From NCBI RefSeq assembly GCF_964204645.1, contig NC_134034.1:1054001-1118000 (forward strand): a stretch of 64,000 bases of DNA, written 5' to 3'. The notes under the pieces are model-generated. The model saw only the letters and a list, made by a program, of their open reading frames with translations. It was not told the DNA's origin and made no database searches. The translations under genes were made by a program, and so were the position numbers. Source of the DNA: Tubulanus polymorphus. Its lineage: Eukaryota > Animalia > Nemertea. This document shows positions 21,842-34,988 of this stretch, piece by piece (the first letter of the stretch is position 1; each line of letters opens with the position of its first letter).

Positions 21842-24800
21842 ATGGCGATGTTTACTTGTATTACTTGTCGCGTGGCGTTCCTCGATTCCGACGTTCAAAG
21901 GGAACACTATAAAACGGACTGGCATCGTTATAACTTGAAGCGAAAAGTCGCCGACCTCCCGCCGGTGACAGCCGAAAACTTCCAACAGAGAGTCCTAGCG
22001 CAGAAAAAACAGGTGAGTCTCAAAAACGAAGGATTTTATGGATGTAGGTTTTGAATTTTCATCCTTCATGTTGAATTTTGAAATTTCAACATTTTTGGCG
22101 AAATTTTTTTCTTCGAATTTAATTTTGGGAAAATTCATTTTTTTTTTCTTTTTTTAAATTGATTCAGGAAAAAGAAGATGAATGTGAAGTGAAGACCGGT
22201 TATTGCGCTTTGTGTCGGAAACATTTCGGTTCGCGGAACTCGTACGCGAATCACCTGACGTCGAAAAAACACCGCGAACTCGAGACGAAACTCGCCGAGA
22301 AAAACCGTCGACTTGAGGAGAAAAACGCGGAGAAAGGACTCGCGACGACGGACTCGGAACCGGCACCGATCGTCGCTAACGACGACGATAAAGTGGCTGA
22401 GAAAAATCGTAAAAACCTCGAAATTCAACGGCGTTTGAATCGTCGCGACGACGACGCCGCGTCTGCTCAAATGTCGTCTGCCGCTGCGAAGGCGGCGCCA
22501 TCTGCTGGGAAAAATCGAATGGAAGAATTATTCGGTGAAGGCGCTGTCGGCGAGGAGGACGCGGGTAGATATCTTCATCTCTAAAATCTTTCATCCTTCC
22601 CCCACCCCCCTTAAAGATTAAGGTCTTTAAGTGTTCGAGGTCTTTTATTAAGATTTAATAAATCTCTTGCCTGAAACTGTAGCCCCTAAATATCTTACCA
22701 ATCTCATCAGGTATTGGAAAATTTGTCAAAAGATATTGGTTTTTGAGGGGTACAGGATCCAGGCTGAGAACGGTACAGGCTGAGAGGGTCAGTGTCCAAG
22801 CTAAGTAGGGCGGGGGATCCAACTGAGACGAGTACAGGGTCCAGGCTGAGAAGGGTGTGCATGTTCCAGGCTGTAGATAAGAGTCAGTAACTGATTCTCA
22901 GTTTGTCTGTTTGTAGAGATGGATTCTGATGTAGAGTCAGTTGATAGCTGGGAAGCCGACGCGTTGGGTTTAGAGGAATGTTTATTCTGTTCGGAGGTTT
23001 CCGATTCGATCGACGACAATATTCAACATATGACTAAAACTCACAGTTTTTTCATACCGGATCTCGAGTATTTAACCGATTTAGAAGGATTCATTACGTA
23101 TTTAGGTAAGAAATAAAATCGTTTTAGTACGATTATCCCCCGTTAGATGGCGAACTAGTCGAGATTTTCCTAGCGCAATTTTGATTTCAAGATCTACATC
23201 TAAACTGTGGAAACTGGGAAAATCAGAAACTCTTTTCATGAAATAGAATTTTAGTAAAGAAATTTTCACATGTTGTAACGAGGCTATCACTATAGGAATA
23301 ACGATTTTAAGCATTTCCGGGCTGCAGTTGCCCCTTAGTTGGTTTATAATGGTTTTAACTGGTGGACAAATACTATTGTAACAAAGCAATTTCAACTCGT
23401 GGCTGATATCGCTGATTTGTGTTGAAGGTGAAAAGGTCGGCGTTGGTAGAATGTGTTTGTGGTGCAACGGTGTCGGTAAAACGTTCCACTCGACGAAATC
23501 CGTGCAGCAGCACATGACTGATAGAGGGCACTGTAAAATACTCCACGAAGGAGAAGCTTTACTCGAATACGCCGACTTCTATGACTATCGGTAAGTGCGC
23601 ATTTCACCAGGTGTCGCTGGTGTGCAGTAGGACATAAACTACTGTGACAATAGAGGGTGGATTCTACTTGTGGCAAGTGAGGATCCACCAGGTGTCGCTT
23701 GTGTGCAGTAGGACATCAACTACTGCGACAATAGAGGTGGATTCTACTTGTGGCAAGTGAGGATCCACCAGGTGTCATTAGTGTGCATTAGGACATCATT
23801 TACTGCGACAATAGGGGTGGATTCTACTTGTTGCAAGTGAGGATCCACCAGGTGTCATTAGTGTGCATTAGGACATCATTTACTGCGACAATAGAGGTGG
23901 ATTCTACTTGTGGCAAGTGAGGATCCACCAGGTGTCATTAGTGTGCATTAGGACATCATTTACTGCGACAATAGGGGTGGATTCTACTTGTGGCAAGTGA
24001 GGATCCACCAGGTGTCAAACCAAACTTATCATTTCAAGTTCTTATCATTTCTAGATCAAGTTACCCTGATTATCAAGAAGGGGAAGAGGAAGGTGATGAT
24101 GATGATGATGACGATGAGTCAGTAGCAGATGGAGAGGATGATTTGCTACAAGATGAAGGTTACCAGCTTGTGCTGCCATCTGGTGAGTATAAAAAAAATC
24201 TGGAAAGAAATACTATAATACTTTTTGGCCGAAAAAATTGTCATTTTCGTTATTTTTGAATTTTGAAATTTTTTGTTTCAAGGCGCTACGATAGGTCACC
24301 GGTCGCTGGTTCGTTATTATCGTCAGAATCTTCCCGAGTCGCGGGTCGCCGTCAAAACATCATCTGCCGTAAATAAGGCGTTAGCTCAATACAAGGCGCT
24401 CGGCTGGTTGGGAGCTACAGGTAAATTAAATCCCGCGCTGAGAAACAAAGAAAAAGAGTTAGAAATGTTTCCTTGAGATGATTTGACGTTTCAACTTAAT
24501 CCTAATAGTCAATTTTAAGAATACAAAATCCAGAGTAGATAGAATGAGGCTACTGAGGGAAGTGAGGAATTCAGTGATAATCTGCCAGAATCGCTAGTGG
24601 CACCGAGTTAAGATTTAACTCCGAGTTAACTCATCGAAAATGAACAAACTTTAACTCCGAGTTGACTCCAACTCACAACTGTGGAACCGGGTCCTGGTGT
24701 CTAGCGTGTAGCATATAAGGGGTTAATGTTTATAAAAATATTTATTTGATTATTTTCCAGGTCACGCGGCGGAAAAGAAGAGAAAAGACATGGCGTTCGT

Positions 24801-24888
24801 TCAACGCTGGAAATTGAGAAACCACATGAAAATCGGAATGAAAGCCAATAAATTCCAGCCGCATTTCCGCAACCAAGTCATGTTCTAG
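21842..24888 (+). CDS. ZNF622: Cytoplasmic 60S maturation factor ZNF622 (Rei1/ZPR9), ~437 aa, 7 coding exons
   Basis: Exons 21842-22012, 22168-22564, 22917-23105, 23428-23590, 24055-24182, 24283-24420, 24761-24888 (1314 nt, GT-AG). Motifs FTCITCRVAF..QREHYKTDWHRYNLKRKVA, HLTSKKH, CLFC..HMTKTHSFFIPD, LEYADFYDY, LVLPSGATIGHRSL and KANKFQPHFRNQVMF*. Confidence 0.96.
23605..24016. repeat. 80-bp tandem repeat (5 copies), each with a strong internal hairpin
   Basis: GGATCCACCA at 23681, 23761, 23841, 23921 and 24001; fills ZNF622 intron 4. Confidence 0.92.
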
Positions 24889-24908
24889 AAATATCCGTTC
24901 ATTGATTA

Positions 24909-25074
24909 GGGGTCATTCATTTATTACGTACGCATTAGGGGAGGGGGGAAGGATTGAGTGAAATTGCGTACTGTAATGCTTAATGTATATGAAAAAATGG
25001 CCGATTTTGCGCACAGAGGGGGAGGGGGGTTGAAAAATTCCAATTTTATTCGTACGTAATTAATGAATGATCCC
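24909..25074. mobile_element. Tourist/PIF-Harbinger-like MITE in the ZNF622 3' UTR
   Basis: TIRs GGGGTCATTCATTTATTACGTACG / CGTACGTAATTAATGAATGATCCC, preceded by TTA; internal GGGGAGGGGG tracts. Confidence 0.75.
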
Positions 25075-28000
25075 TTTATTTATTTGAATACAGTCAACAT
25101 TAGGCCTTTAACTTTTCATATATTTCTTTTAATGTTAAAGTATAAATCCCTGCACACTAAGCATGAAAAAGAGACTGATATGTTTCCGCGAGCTAGTGTA
25201 GTTTATTTAACTTTTCAGCTATAAGCTTATAGTCATCTTCAATAGCGTCTTAACACATTTTTCAGACAAATAAATTCTCTCAAATTCCATGAAAACAATA
25301 CATCTGGCGCACAATACATTAGAAATGAACTAATTCTAACTCGACAATTCTAACAACTGTTGAACTGGATCTTGTTTGAAATATCTTTAAATTGTGTAGA
25401 AATTGTTAAAAACTACTTGATTAGATAAATAAAATTCTGTTCTGTTGAATTTCTTTCTGTTATGTTTTTCTGTGGACTTTCAATCCGGAATGAACACATT
25501 TAATGGCAGAGACATTTTCGAGGAACTTTTCTTGAACACCGGACCAAGTGACGTGATGGCAGATTTTTAGGTACTTTCGCTTTAGCAGAAGAATATGTGC
25601 TTTCACGAATACTCAGCTGTGCTTCACATGCGCGCCACAAAATCGAACGAGACTCGCAGCAATGTGATCTGTGCTTGGACCGGGGTATATATAAAAGCGT
25701 GCCTCGTGTGTGGCCTTTAGTTTTCCAGGAAACTGCGACCGATTCAACTGCCAGGGTTCGTAAATGATTCACGGGCCGGTCGTGAAAAGCAGTGAATTTT
25801 ATAGAAGGGCAGTGAAACGGGGGCGTTACTAAAACTATGCACTTAAAACGAAAACCTTTGCACTTTGCGATACGAGGAATATGCATGACTAAGATGAAGA
25901 CCAAAGTCCTATGCACTCATTAGAAATCATCACTCGCGGCGCTATCTGTGTATTCAACCATCTCTGCTAATTAGTGTAGGCAATACCAGATATAAACAAC
26001 CGCATATGAAACATAAATTGGTCGGTTTTCTCAGGTGCATATAGTCTTCGTTTTTAGTAGTGCTTTGTTTTAGTAACACTTGTAACAACGAATGACAAAT
26101 TTCAAAATCAATCACGATTTATTCTCATACAACAATTATAGAAAATGCCAGGTTTGTGCTCGAGGAATTATAACGTAAGCTCCTCAAACAAGTTGACTTT
26201 CAAAAAACAACTAGTCCAACCACCATAGGTGTATAAACTATAAACGAGTTTATACGCTCATGGTCCAAACATAGACTCTAAAACAAAAAAGTCTACGGCC
26301 CAACCATGGACTCAATTGTCCATGGCCCCCGCACTAAAACCAGAGATAAACCTGGCCAAACTCTGGAAAGCGTAGGATTAAGTAATCAATCTGATTTACA
26401 TTCTTTACATCATTTTATTTTCACATATCATTAACATATCACATATCATCATTAAATCTTAAAGCTACAAATTTATTACAAGAAAACTAAAAACATTGCC
26501 AAATTCTCGTCTTTAAGGGATTTCTTCAAACATAAAGCTTATTTCACAAAATTATGTTACATTTGAAACAAATCAGGGGTCTGATCTAAGCACTAGTCCA
26601 ATTGCCCGGGACAAGTATGTTTTCATTAGGTCATGTAGGTTATCATTATCACTCGTCCACCGGGCTTGTGTAATTCTATGTCTCAAAGCTTTTATCCCAC
26701 TTGATGCAAGGGATGATTGTGTCACAATTGGACTGCTCGTAGGGCAAGTTGATTTTTGAGGGGGCAAGTGATATTACATATGCTTGCCCAATGTCAAGTG
26801 GCATTTATTCCTTAGATCAAACCCTGCAAATTATAAAGGTTTTTCTTTGTGACAATTTAAGATAAATCAAGTATTTTCACATAAATATGGTTTGATTGGC
26901 GAAGCTAGGTATTCGGTAACTTCTTAATTGTATTATTCAACTTGGATAGTAGATATAAATACAACTCAATATAAAGATCATAAATTCTTTGAGTCCAGAT
27001 ATGACAGGCCCCGCACAGACGTGGTTAAACCGATAATCAAAACAAAGCTAGGACAATTGACCAATTAGCACTGTATCCTTAAGTTAGCCTATCAAGCAAC
27101 TGCTCCTTATATTCTATGCTCCTGCTATTTTCGACAAGGCCTTAACTAAATCAGTATTGTATGAACCACTGAAAAGCACCACAGTGGAATTGTTGCTATA
27201 AAAGTTTCAACACAAATGATGAAAATGTACATCGTTTTATTCACACAACAATAATATCTTAATCGAGGAATCGTGATGCAAGTTCCTAATTTACAAACAT
27301 GCAAACTGTGTTACAATAACAGTCTCTAACATAAAAGCATTAAAACTAGAGATGGAACATACAGATTCACTCTGGAAATATCAACTAATCATTACTTTCA
27401 ATAGAATACTAGAATTTTGCCTACTTTGCCTTGTCTTAAAGATGTCCAAACACCTTGACATTAAACACTACTAAGTATTCTGATGTTTTTTCTGGCAGCT
27501 TCGAAAAGATCAACATAATTATACAATCGGTAACTAATCAATAACATCAATAACTTAAGTTTATAGCTGTTTTACATTCTTTCTAAAAAGTAAAATGTAT
27601 GTACCAGATTTTAGATAGTAAGTCTACCCCAGTATAACGATCAACAGTCACAGCAGTGATTGAGCGCGGCTAGTTGAAATGACGGGTCGATCTATCATCA
27701 CAGTTATTCAAAGCATTCTATCATATCAGTTATTTTTTTAAGTGTGTTCGATTTAGTTAAGGTTTATGGTTATTTGTTTTGTTCATTACAATAACTGAGT
27801 CCGATAGAATGCTTTGAATAACAACAGAAAAGATCTCGGGCTTTCGCTATACTTTGGGAAGGTTGTTCGATAAATGAAGAACCTTGTTGATAAATATTTG
27901 AAAAAATGCCTTTTCATGTAAATAGAATATTAATTTGTTGTTTGTTTGTATTGTTGTTTATTATTTTTAATCAATTTTTTTATATTATCTATTTATTCAT

Positions 28001-29774
28001 GTGCTTGTATTTTGTATTATTTACTATTCATTATTTATTGGTTTTTTCTTATTTATTTTGTTATTAATTTATGTACTTGTATTTTGTATAATGTATCATT
28101 TAAACTCCTCTATTTACAACTGCAGGCATTTTTTCACTGTAAAGTTCTGGGCCCATTCTAAAAAAAGCGCTACCGATTCACTGCCACTCCTTAATAATCA
28201 TTATACACCCGATTTGAAGCTAAGTGATTATTTACGAGAGCCATCTCGTGATATGGATTTACCCAATACAATAAAAGAAGTTCAAACAGCTATAAACGAT
28301 GTTAAAACGTTCAAAATTAGTCCTAGCTATAACTTTATGCCTTGTTAATCCTAGTTTAAAAATACGTTTTCAAATACGTAGCTATGATCATCAAACAGAT
28401 TGATGGAGGCTCAAAGGTCGATGTGAAAATCGACATCTACGATTCATTTGTCAAATTGGTTACATGGGCCTTTGAAAAAATATCATAAAATGCCATCAAA
28501 TTAATACATCTACAATTCAGCAAACACTTAATATTTGTACGTCAACACTGGTCTAACGCTATGTTCTATGTTTCCTAACTACGTGATATCTCTACGGACA
28601 AATAGCCACAGTTGACTATGTTTAACTATGGTAAGTTCAAAGATTAAACTCACAATATCAAGTTGAAACTATATCTCAGTTTAGGCATTAACTCGAACAG
28701 ACCTATGAGTCCAAACTAGGCGCTCGACGCCAACATTTACCCCTAGTGACTAACCTTACTAGACTTATCAATCAACTTAGGATCGAAGACCAATATCTTG
28801 AATTAATGGAGCTTAGCTTTTATTAGACTCTCACATTGCATTAAACATTATAAAATAGTTTCCTCGAAAACACTATATTATCCATCAGACTGGTTTGAAA
28901 AAGGGTAATAAGTAAATAAATCAATACTTTACTACAGAAATCCACTATTGTCTTCGCTGCTTTTAAAACATTGTTTATCCTGAATCAGTGTTTATGAATT
29001 AATCCATTAGTTTTGCTGCTCGAATCAGTGTTTATAAGATTCACTATTGTCTTTGCTGCTCCTGATAAAATGTTTTATAGAAATCAACCACCGATTGTCG
29101 AAGAATCCATCGTTGAGTGATTAATCCGTCGCTGGCTCCTAAACTTATCACCTGGGCTCCTGCAGTTTTCATCAGAAAATGGGTCAATCAGTAATCGGTG
29201 TGGGTGTCTTCTTCAGACGATTATTTCCGAGATGTAGTTTGGCTGAAACAAAGTGAAGAAAGCAAAACATTTCAGACAGATCTATCATAATTTACATGTC
29301 ATTTCAAATAACAAGCAACAATGTTTTTCACAAAGCAAAATTCATTGACGTCAATTGCTGATTTAAACCCCAATAATCAATTGCAGCAGTAGGACTAGTT
29401 CATCACTGTTTAAGACTAGTAAAGATAAAAGATCAGCCATGTGGACCGGTAAATAGATTTTGATGATAGTCACTTATTAAATGATATTTATATGAGGCCT
29501 GAAATCTACATATACCGGTAATAAAGATTGCTGGGTTCAGTTCTGGCCTTTTCTGTGCACCGTTCCAGTTAGTAGATTTTGGACGAGTAGTTGCTCTCAA
29601 GCTGGGCCTTTTCTGATAGTTGAAACTTAGCTGCAATCATAAAAAGATGATGTCCTGTTATCACAAAACATTACATTTAGAATAATTCGAAATAATTCAA
29701 CATATATCAAGTTACCTTTCATGATTGCTGGGTTCGTTATCGGAGATGATCATCTAAGTTGGTTGACCTTTAGT

Positions 29775-30145
29775 TATACATTTCTATAATACATTTCTTT
29801 GGTATTTTTTTTCATGTAGTCCGAAAGTTTACAATAAGATAATTTCGTCTAAGATATATATTTCTTTGGTATTTTTTTTCATGTAGTCCAAAAGATTACA
29901 ATAAGATAATTTTGTCTAAGTTATACATTTTTTTGGTATTTTTTTTCATGTAGTCCGAAAGTTTACAATAAGATAATTTCGTCTAAGTTATACATTTCTT
30001 TGGTATTTTTTTTTTCATGTAGTCCGAAAGTTTACAATAAGATAATTTCGTCTAAGTTATACATTTCTTTGGTATTTTTTTTCATGTAGTCCGAAAGTTT
30101 ACAAGGTTGAAGAATTTTGTCTATACATTTCTTTGGTCTTTTTTC
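29775..30145. repeat. ~67-bp AT-rich tandem repeat (~5.5 copies)
   Basis: TAGTCCGAAAGTTTACAATAAGATAATTTCGTCTAAG units. Confidence 0.88.
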
Positions 30146-30726
30146 GAAATCGAAGTACAGATATAGTCGTGTGATCGGGGGTCGAGTTTACATAATTTTT
30201 TGGGTCGTTTTTTCCGTATAAATAGTCCGAAAGTTTATTGTAGTTTTTCTCGGGTATATGTTGATGTCTTCATCCTCCAAGTTGTTTGTCCTGCGTGTTG
30301 ACTAGGTAACGATGTCGTAGGAACGTCCAAGGGTGTCATCGGACTCAGTCCCGGAGTCGGATTCTGGATGGTGCTATCACCAGACTTCTCACCGCCAGAG
30401 TTCTGGCTAGTGTAATGACAATGGGAAGAGAGCATATTAAGTCAAGATATTTGTCAGACAGAGCCTGACCACTGAGGTTTGAGAAAGCTTTAATTATCTC
30501 ATAACCATGCATAATAGATTGGTAGATTTAGTTTGATTGATTTGAATTGGTGTCCCTTACAAATCCACCACACATGCAGGGAGCGAAAGTACAGATATAG
30601 TTGCGTGATCGGCGGTCGAGTTAACATAATTTTTTTTTCTAAATTGAAGTATGTAATTGGGAAATTCGGTTCCGGTTCATTCATATAATCTTCTGGCAAG
30701 CGACTGATTGGGGTCAATTAAGTTGA

Positions 30727-30900
30727 CTGCCTATTTTAATACATCGAGATTTTGACCATCTATATTACAAGGTTAACTTTTCTGCCTATCTTAATACATC
30801 TGCGATTTTGGATACCTATATTACAAGGTTAACTTTTCTGCCTATTTTAATACATCTGTGATTTTGGATATCTATATTACAAGGTTAACTTTTTTCTGCC
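30727..30900. repeat. ~56-bp tandem repeat (3 copies)
   Basis: CTGCCTATTTTAATACATC...TATATTACAAGGTTAACTTTT x3. Confidence 0.8.
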
Positions 30901-33900
30901 TGTCTGTTGATTAGTAGTTTAGCTAAAAAAAAGAGCAGAATCTTGTGAGCAGAAAATCCTTAATCAAATATCACTGATCATAATTAACGTGTCAATTCAT
31001 ATATAAGATCAGCAATGTGGACCGATACATAGATTTTGATAATAGTCAATAATTAAATGATATTTATATGAAATTCAACTCATATTGTAATTCATCTATA
31101 TTCCAGATATCTAAGCAATGGAAATCCATCAGAAATTCTTGATGTGTCTCTTTCTTAGGTGTTAAACACCCAGTGGCGAGTAGGCTTTTATTGAAACCCA
31201 GGCCCATCATACGGTGTAAACCTGCTAGTAATATTGCCCTAAATACATTTCAGCTAATTGTCAGCTTGTCAGCTAAACCATGTTCGTATTATCAAATTAA
31301 CTTCATCGTCAGTTAATAAACTTAAGAGATGTTTTCTACCCACAGATGGCGACATCTGTACCCAGTGAATGGTATTCTAATCCATTCCAATAATTCTAAA
31401 TATTGCTCCTAATATATACAATGACCTGATAATGATGAAAATACAACTGAAGAGCACACTGATCCTACACGCAACCTTAAATCATTCCCACACCTTGACA
31501 AATCCAGAATTCTGCAAAGCCTTAAAAGATTCAATAAATCCCTCGCACAAGACACACACCTTATTCTTTAGATATCAACCAATATCAAATTATACAGTTG
31601 TCTATCAACCCCTATGGTTTAGATTTGAGCACTTTTACCTTATAGGAAAATGCTGAATTAAACTTCATACCTAATCAATCAATTAATGTCCAAGCTATAA
31701 TTAGAATTGTCTCTGACAATATTTTATACGGGGCTTCAAATTTCTACACTAGAAGAATTTCCGATCCGGTACAAATTTAGATTGATCGCTATTTCAAACT
31801 GCTAATTTTGCATCACAGCTTTTGATATCTAGTTTGACGAACCCAGAATTCCCCAAAACCTAACAGATTCAACTGATCCCACACACATATGGCCCAGTTA
31901 GACGCAGACGACATTGAGCGATACAGTCGTCTCATCCACTGCGCTATTTTTTTAATAATTTTCGCTTATATTCATTATATTGAATTGATTTTAATTAATC
32001 TTCTAGATATCTAAGTGATCCATTTATTAGTAATCATACTAGCTATATTTTAATTGTCAGTTTAATAACATTAACATGGAGCCTGAAAATCTACACGAGT
32101 AAAATTTCAGATGTGGTGAATTCATCACTATTTGAATTCATCAGAAATTAAGATAAAAGTACAATTCTAGTAGTAAATTAGAAACTGCCTTAAACGAATT
32201 GCTATATAATCTTTATTTCCCTTTGATAGTAGTACACTGTGTATAAGGACCGAAAGACCTTGTTATGACCGGACCTCCCTGGTGCGGTGCAAGACATGAT
32301 GCTAGAAAATAGTTTGAAGGAGAGGGGTTAGTAAAAGAGAGCTATTAGGAAGAGGAATAAGACCTAAGTTTAGGATATCCTGTCAGAATAAGGCTCTCCA
32401 TCTGACATACACAGTGAAATTGAAAAATTCCCCCTCCAAATTCAGGAATGTATTTGTGCACAGATTTGTTTTATCTCCCTTCGATCGGAAGTAAATCTGC
32501 GTGAAATGATTTTGGCAATATGTATCAAAACTAATACAGCTGTATGAAGACACAATAGGTTCACTTAGATACAGATAAATAAATGTGCTCAGATACACAT
32601 GTATCAGCTACATTTTAAATGTCCATGGACCTGAATTAGAAATAATTTCACATAAAATATTGAATTTACCTTAATTGTAGATATGTAAGTAATAGGTTAA
32701 TGAGTAATTCATGCTATATTCTAATTGTCAGTTAAACAATACCGGTATCTATCACTTGACACACAGTATGGTTTTGGTATATTATTTGAATCAGTTAGGT
32801 TTTGGTAAATTTTGGCAATATTGAAAACAAGACCAGTCGCCGTAAGTACGGCAGTTGGAGATGGAAATACTGATCAGTCAATGAGACTGATTCAGATGTG
32901 CTCATACATATATCAGCTATATTTAAATTTTCAGTTTAATGACATTTATATTATGGACCAGTATTACATATTAATAGTTTTTGATCTTACATGAAATATT
33001 GAATTCATCTTAATTGTGGATATCTAAGCCATTGGTTAATGAGCAATTTTTCCTAGCTATATATATGATAATTGTCAGTTAAACTATAATCATAGCGCAA
33101 AACAAGGCACAGAGTGTGGCTTTCAAGAAATGATTTGAATCAATTAAAGCTTTGTTTTATTCTAGATTTGTCAAAGTGCTGAGACCTATAAATTCACAGT
33201 TTCTAAAAGACTTGCAGTCCATAGATTTCCCCATATATATATTACACCAGATCTCGATAGAGCCCTAGACAATATTTTATACATCTTTCCCCCAGAAATT
33301 CATTAATGCAATGGGTAAAGCAGCACAATATACACTGTAAAGTGCCTGAATGTTTATAAATGACATATGTATCAATATATTATTTGTAAAAAAAATCTAT
33401 TAACTGACGATTAAGTTTTATTGATATATATCTTTACAAGTAAAGCCAGCCTTAAGTATATGGGGCCCTAAAATATCTACACCAGAAGAAGTTTTCATCA
33501 AACATATAAAATATATTGAATGATTGCTTATATCTAAGCGATTGGTTAATTAGTAAATTGTCTTATCTATATCTTGATTATCAGTTAAACAATAGTCATA
33601 TGAGGCCTGAAATATCTACGGTACATTCGAAAAATTTCAAATGTCACATAAGATATTGAAATTACCTTAATTGTACATACTTACAAAACTTTTTAATCAA
33701 TAACTGACCAATCTACATTTTGATTATCAGACCAAAGAATATTTAAGGGACCTCACTCAATCAATTCGTCTAATATTTTAAATATTCAAGCAATCATTGC
33801 CCTAGCTATATTTCAATTTACTACCGGCCACAGAGCTTGTATAAAGTAGTGCGGAGATGATGAGCTTGACCAGCGTCTCTATCCTCTCCAGTGCCTATGC

Positions 33901-34295
33901 ATTCTACCCAAGATATGAAAAATCAACTTAGCTTTATGTATGTATGCATTCCTGTTGCCATGCAAGATGAGGTCATGACTGCCAGGTTCGGTTGCGACAG
34001 GTCTTTCGGTGTTTGGTGGTACTTCAAGGTGGAGTCATTTGTGGGCACTTTTGGTGGGCAGATTTTAGATGAGCCTTTCCGGATTAACCTGAAATGAGTA
34101 AAAGAACGATATTCTGTAGTTACACAATCCTTTCTGTATCACGCATCATAATTTACACATGTATCAACTTAACTTTCAATATTGCTGAGTTCAGTGTTCT
34201 TTTTTCGCCATCTTCAATAGTCGCCTTCAGCATCTTCTTCTTCATCTTGGGAGTCCTGAAATGAAAAAAAAGAGAAGAGCGATGAAAACCTAGTA

Positions 34296-34988
34296 CGGAA
34301 CGAAACTAATGTCCGAAAGCTTTTCAGCTCTCCGTCGCCGGTCACATGCCCAGAACACCAGACAATGAGCCAGCCAGGAATATACTGCCCTCTACACGCC
34401 CTCACACAGAATGTGAAAACCAGGATGACGAGGCCTTACTTTCACCATTTACCGACAGTGTGCCGGGTGACGTCAGTAACTGACAAACCTGCACAACTGC
34501 TTGTGACAAAAATAGGGCAGCGCAACTGGATTGCCCGCACTAGCACCCAAAGGAAGACAAGACTTAGCCCTGCCCGAAGCGACCCACGCGGAATCAATGA
34601 ATACTAACGCTCAAGGGAAATCAGGGAAATTAATCCCTGCCCGAAGCAATCCCTTAAAAGGAATCAATGAATGCTAGAACGCAAAGGAAGACAAGACTAA
34701 AATCTTTGTCCGAAGCAATTCCTGAAAAGGAATCAATGAATACCAGTAGACAGTCCAGCTTTACCACTCCACTTTCATCCCAAGCAATCGGACGGATTTG
34801 CCCGTCATTGACGTCACCCGGCACACTCTGTTGATACATGGGGAGAGTGCGGCCTCGTCATCCTGGTTTTCGTGTTCCGTATGAGGGCGTGTAGAGGGCA
34901 GCAGTTCCTGACCGGCTCTTTGTCTGACATCCTCGACACATGACCGGCGAAGGAGAGCAAACGCTTTCGGACATTCGTTTTGTTCCAG
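34296..34988 (-). repeat. Long imperfect inverted repeat (arms ~34296-34550 and ~34735-34988)
   Basis: Blocks such as AATGTCCGAAAGC, CTGCCCTCTACACGCCCTCA, GAAAACCAGGATGACGAGGCC and GTGTGCCGGGTGACGTCA occur in both arms in opposite orientation. Confidence 0.9.

Noticed and set aside
26100-33800. Protein-coding gene or autonomous transposon in the AT-rich region
   Set aside because: Only short, low-complexity ORFs and degenerate repeats; no recognisable domain.
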